Origin: Octopus vulgaris
Taxonomy: Eukaryota
Direction of reading: 5' to 3'
DNA length: 64,000 nucleotides
NCBI GenBank assembly: GCA_951406725.2
Contig: OX597820.1
Span: 50,406,001 to 50,470,000 of the forward strand
The notes under the pieces were generated by a model that did no database searches, was not told where the DNA came from, and saw only the letters and a program-made list of their open reading frames with translations. Below are positions 57,585 to 64,000 of this stretch, piece by piece. Position 1 is the first letter of the stretch. Each line of letters starts with the position of its first letter. The translations under genes were made by a program, and so were the position numbers.

Positions 57585-58290
57585 TTGTTTCACCAAAAAG
57601 GAGAAATTATAATTGTCAATAAATGCGACTAGTGTGTTAGGAAACCTCTACTTTGCTAGAAATAAGAGCTAAACAGCTCTAATGATGTAGTTAACGTGCA
57701 TGAATGAACACATATACACTAACCGGGACGATAATCGTCCGAAAATGCCAATCGATAATTCTTAATTCTGACGTCAGTTCCAGCAATTCTCGATCGGCAC
57801 TTTTCGGACGATTGTGGTCCCTGTTAGTGTAAAGGTTTTCATTCATTTGCGTTAGCTACAACATTATAGCTATTTAGCCCGTATTTCTAGTAAAGTAGGT
57901 TTTTTCCTTACACCCTACTCAAATTTAGTAATAATTATAATTCTCATTTGTGGTGAAATATTGCAAGCTGCTGTTTATATTAATTTTGTAAATGCACATT
58001 AGCGAATCTCTAGATCATATAATAATCACTAGGAACATAAATACTAATGGCGAAGCGTGTCCGGAAACAGCTAAACTATCTAGCAGTCTTAAATGATGAG
58101 GCGACAGGAAATTGCTGAAACTGACGTTAGTGCAAAGAATTCTCTATCGGCACTTTTCGGACGATTATGGTCCTTGGTAGTGTATATGATTTCATTCATG
58201 AGCTTTAACCACAGCATTAGAGTGTTTAACTCTTAGTTCTTGCAACGTAGATGCTTTCTAACACCCTACACACATTTAGTGAGAATTATA
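57585..58290. repeat. Old foldback (~57585-57760 / ~57785-57960) plus a third direct copy (~58105-58290)
   Basis: aatcgtccgaaaatgccaatcgataatt vs aattctcgatcggcacttttcggacgatt; the latter recurs at ~58138-58170. Confidence 0.75.
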
Positions 58291-58381
58291 TACAAACATA
58301 AACGCTCTCAGTTACTTTTGCTAAATATTAACATATAAATTTCGTTTTGGGTTTTGGTTTGCAAGATTCTTTAGTGAGTTC

Positions 58382-58579
58382 GTGTGTTGAACCTTTTTCT
58401 GTGTCTGGGGAGAGTCATTCTCTTTTTATGCCTTATAATTTAACACATTAATTTACTTATTTATATTTCTAAAATTTGAGAAAAGTAAGTAAATGAGTGG
58501 AAATTTTACCGGTGTGTGTGTAAAATTATAAGACACTAAAAGAGAATGATTCTCCCCAGATACAACAGGATCAACACAC

Positions 58580-58580
<1 letters not shown>
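58382..58580. repeat. Foldback of a repeat fragment
   Basis: tgtctggggagagtcattctctttt..ttataattt vs aaattataa..aaaagagaatgattctccccagata. Confidence 0.75.
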
Positions 58581-60540
<1,960 letters not shown>

Positions 60541-61353
60541 GTTTGTGAGTATATACAAGGCATGAACACATTTACTTGTAAATTCGTACGTATAAGGCAA
60601 TATTCCCAACCGCAATATATACCCAGCCGAGATAAAATGATACAGTAACTTTTCTCGTATAATTTTCTGTTTACTCCGAACGTCTATGTAACAACATCTT
60701 CTAATGATTGTGTAAGAAAAAAGGGGCGTGGGATGTGATTTATAGTGCTTATGTACTTGACGTATATTGTAGCTGTTTTACTGGTGTGTTTTACAGAATA
60801 TTAACTAAATTTGTGAGTTCAAAACATTAATACGCGCACAGTGATCTATTATTATATATTCTTAAAGATATATGACAAACATAATTAGCATATATTAAAA
60901 ATATTATTTTGTTTTTGTATATATACTATTGTCCATTTGAATGTCGAAATTTTTTTACAGATTGAAGGAATTAAAGTGAGCATTATCAGAGTAAATAAAT
61001 GATATACTGAGAAATGCAAAGAAAAATTGAAATCAAGGAGAATCATTTATATTCTTCCTCATGACACTTGAAGAATCAAATTCACATATTTTCTTCATTT
61101 GGAGTATAAGCGTTCACTGTACACTTCTTTCATTGTTTTGTCTTTCGCTTTGTATTTCTACGCTGTTCCTGTAAATGGTTTGACGTTCTTTGGTTTCCTC
61201 TTAAACATATGACGTTTTTTCTTTTGATGTGTCCGGTGTGTGTGTGCGTGCGTAAGTGTGTTTATGTGTGTATGTGTTTTACTTAGGTCATTATACAAAC
61301 GCAGGTTCACCAATATCTAATTATCTATCTATCTATGAATTGTGTATATTTGC

Positions 61354-61762
61354 GTAGTAAGAAGCTTGCTTTCTAACCACATGGTTTCGTTTCAGTTCCA
61401 CTGCGTGTCACCTTCGCCAAATGTCCACTACTCTAACGACGGGTCGACCAACGTTTTGTGAATAGATTTGATACTCGAAACTGAAAGAAGACCATCGTAT
61501 ACACAAACACACACACACACACACACGCACACACACACATACTATGTGAGTGAGTCCTTCTGTCTGTGTTTGTCCCTCTCCAAAACAGCCGCTGTTGATG
61601 TGTTTACGTCCCTATAATTTAGCAGTCCGGCAAAAAGATCACGAATGAATAATTACCTGGCTTTAGAAATAAGTCCTGGGGACGATTTGCTTGACTAAAA
61701 CTGTTCAATGGGGTGCCCCTGTATGGCCGCAGTCAAATGACTGAAACATGCAAAAGATAAAA
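61354..61762 (+). mobile_element. SINE family A, older diverged copy
   Basis: gtaagaagcttgctttctaaccacatggtt...gaaactgaaagaagacc.tcgtat, internal (CA)n, tail atggccgcagtcaaatgactgaaac. Confidence 0.8.
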
Positions 61763-61809
61763 TATAATGCATACACATATCAATATTTAGTGGTGGTGAA
61801 AACAGCTTT

Positions 61810-62660
61810 CTATTAATTTGAAATCCGATGATGGAGTCCAGCTGGCTGAAACTTCGAAGGTACTGCCAATACGACTCCTGTTAAAGAATAATAAGTATTC
61901 TTTGTCAGAAAGTATTCACTTGTCAGAAAGTCATAGAATCTATTGTCAGGAGAAAACTGATCACATTCCTAGAAGATACTGACTTGCTCACTGAAACCAT
62001 GCATGAACTCTGCTCAGAAAAGAGCTGCTTTGTACATCTTCCGCAGAATCATGTCTCAAACTACGGAGACTCAGTATCGTGGGAAACACTGCAGGCAAGG
62101 TGTAGCTGCGAATAGGATCCTCTCCAAAACAGCAATAGCGATTGGAGTGCCTCAGACAACTGTCTTGGTGACGCTGCTCTTTATAGTTGCTCTTTCAGAC
62201 ATGCCATCAGTTGCACAGATAGTCACATTTTCTAGCAATGAAAGAACCTTTCGATTCCACTTTTCTACAGGAATAACTAGATGCTATATATATCGATGGG
62301 CTGAAGAAAATAGTATGCAATTTAATGCAGGAAAATTCAAAGCCATTCACCAAAGTCTAGTTTGTGGTAGCATGTCGCAACAAAGATATTTTTGTCCGAA
62401 GGGATCGGAAATCCCACAGTTAAGTACAGTGAGTGATTTGGAGAATGGTATGAATAATCACGCCTCGTTTTATGTACATACTAAAAAGATGGTGGCAATA
62501 TGCAAAAATAGTGGTTAGATGAATTTTAAGTAGTTTAAGAACAAGGAGCAAGCAAATTATCCTAGTTCTATTGAAGACATTTATCCTCAGATGTCTGGGC
62601 AACTGTTCTCATCTTTGGCCATCCAACTGTTTGAAATTAATAGCAGGGCTTGCGGCAGTC
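61810..62660 (+). mobile_element. Degraded CR1-group LINE RT fragment
   Basis: IVRRKLITFLE, GVPQTTVLVTLLFIVALSDMPS and YRWAEENSMQFNAGKFKA are homologous to the 34.7-35.5 kb region. Confidence 0.85.
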
Positions 62661-62771
62661 CATCATCATCATCGTCGTCGTCGTCGTCGTCGTCGTCATC
62701 ATCATCTTTCTCCTCCTCCTCCTTCTTCTTCTTCTTCTTCTTCTTCTTCTTCTTCTTCTTCTTCATTTAAT

Positions 62772-62812
<41 letters not shown>

Positions 62813-62831
62813 GTTGTTGTTGTTGTTGTTG

Positions 62832-62903
<72 letters not shown>

Positions 62904-62925
62904 TTCTCATTATTATTATTATTAA
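62661..62925. repeat. Compound trinucleotide microsatellite (CAT/CGT/CTT/TTA/TTG)
   Basis: Directly visible. Confidence 0.95.
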
Positions 62926-64000
62926 TCTAGCTGAAGAAACTCTCTTTACGCTCGTAAATTTATTGTTTTAATTTATGTCTCCAAATGTTGTTAATTAATT
63001 ATTTTGTTCTATAACTTTGTTGAAACTATCACCAATTCATAGATTACTCTGTTTGTTTGCGCTCCTTTGAGAACATAATTCCGAAAAGATAATTTTAATT
63101 CGAGGTGGGGAGAACAATTATTTTAATGATTATGGCGTCGTCCACTCTGCTAACAGACATGGAGAAGGAAGTAAGAGATAGCTTTGATAGTGAGTTGCAA
63201 CACACGTTAGACCCCTCCAACTCTGAAATAGAATTCGAAGTGAACCTGCAACAAGATCAACGTACAGTGGACCACACTCAAACTATGAAAATAAACAGTA
63301 ACAGTATGGGAATCATATTCCAAATATGAAACAGATTTTCCAGCCAAAACCAACTGCAATAAAAGTACTAAAAGTGCCACCATCACCATCACCATCACCA
63401 CCACTCCAATAACAATAATTAATCATTGATAATTAATCATTGACAATTAAACAAACAAAATATCTAGAGCCTCGGCAACTTAAACGGCAACAATATTTCC
63501 ATTGTGAATAATAAGGACTTCAACATCTATAATAACAAAATACTCGTAGCACACTTTGAGAAAGGCACAGATCTATACAGGATAAATTTACTGCAAAAAG
63601 ATACATGTCTTAGCGGCTAAATTGATCAGGGCTGGAAATATCGTGTGCAGACATAGCCATCTGGTCTGAGATGTTGGCAGAATCACATAAAAATATGTAA
63701 TTTATAAATGTGTTTCCATAAGTACAAAGTGGGCTGAGATGGTTAGTCAGACGGGTGTGGAATTTGCGCTGAAAGGGATAATAACCGACCTCAAGAGCCA
63801 AGCAGTTTTTGTCCATTTCAAAACTCTTCAAGACTGAAGCTCTAACCGCCAAACATTCCGTTATATAGAAGTAGAACAGTAAGAATGAAAATTTTCAGGA
63901 AATCCACCTGAGGTAAATTTATGGTGGATTTTAGCGTGTATCGTATTAAAAGGGAGTATCAGCTTCGTTGAGGTGAAGTAGACCCGTCGTGAAAATTGGT

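Noticed and set aside
63105-64000. Coding-like sequence at the window end (possible retroelement ORF1)
   Set aside because: Multiple stops and no diagnostic motif; it cannot be assigned without a search.

Overview
AT-rich, microsatellite-dense eukaryotic genomic DNA. The SINE repertoire and repeat landscape look like an octopus (cephalopod) genome; that assignment is from recognition, not a search. I can support no intact host protein-coding gene, and most ORFs in the track are translations of (TA)n, (CA)n, (TAA)n or (TAG)n tracts. The window is a mosaic of transposable elements: a near-complete but disrupted CR1-group LINE ORF2 (APE endonuclease + RT, 33.0-36.1 kb) plus three more CR1-group fragments, Dong/R4-like LINE fragments next to (TAA)n, at least five tRNA-derived SINE families, a decayed mariner, two maT-like (DD37D) transposase remnants, a non-autonomous Helitron, a HINE-like element and a solo LTR. 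The most notable signal is a set of small non-coding elements inserted in (TA)n tracts. They have a 5' inverted segment plus tandem or circularly permuted units and carry type I hammerhead ribozyme motifs (Penelope-like or retrozyme-like). The best example is a young 492-bp tandem element at 55.8-56.9 kb whose hammerhead has a long G-U-rich stem II extension.
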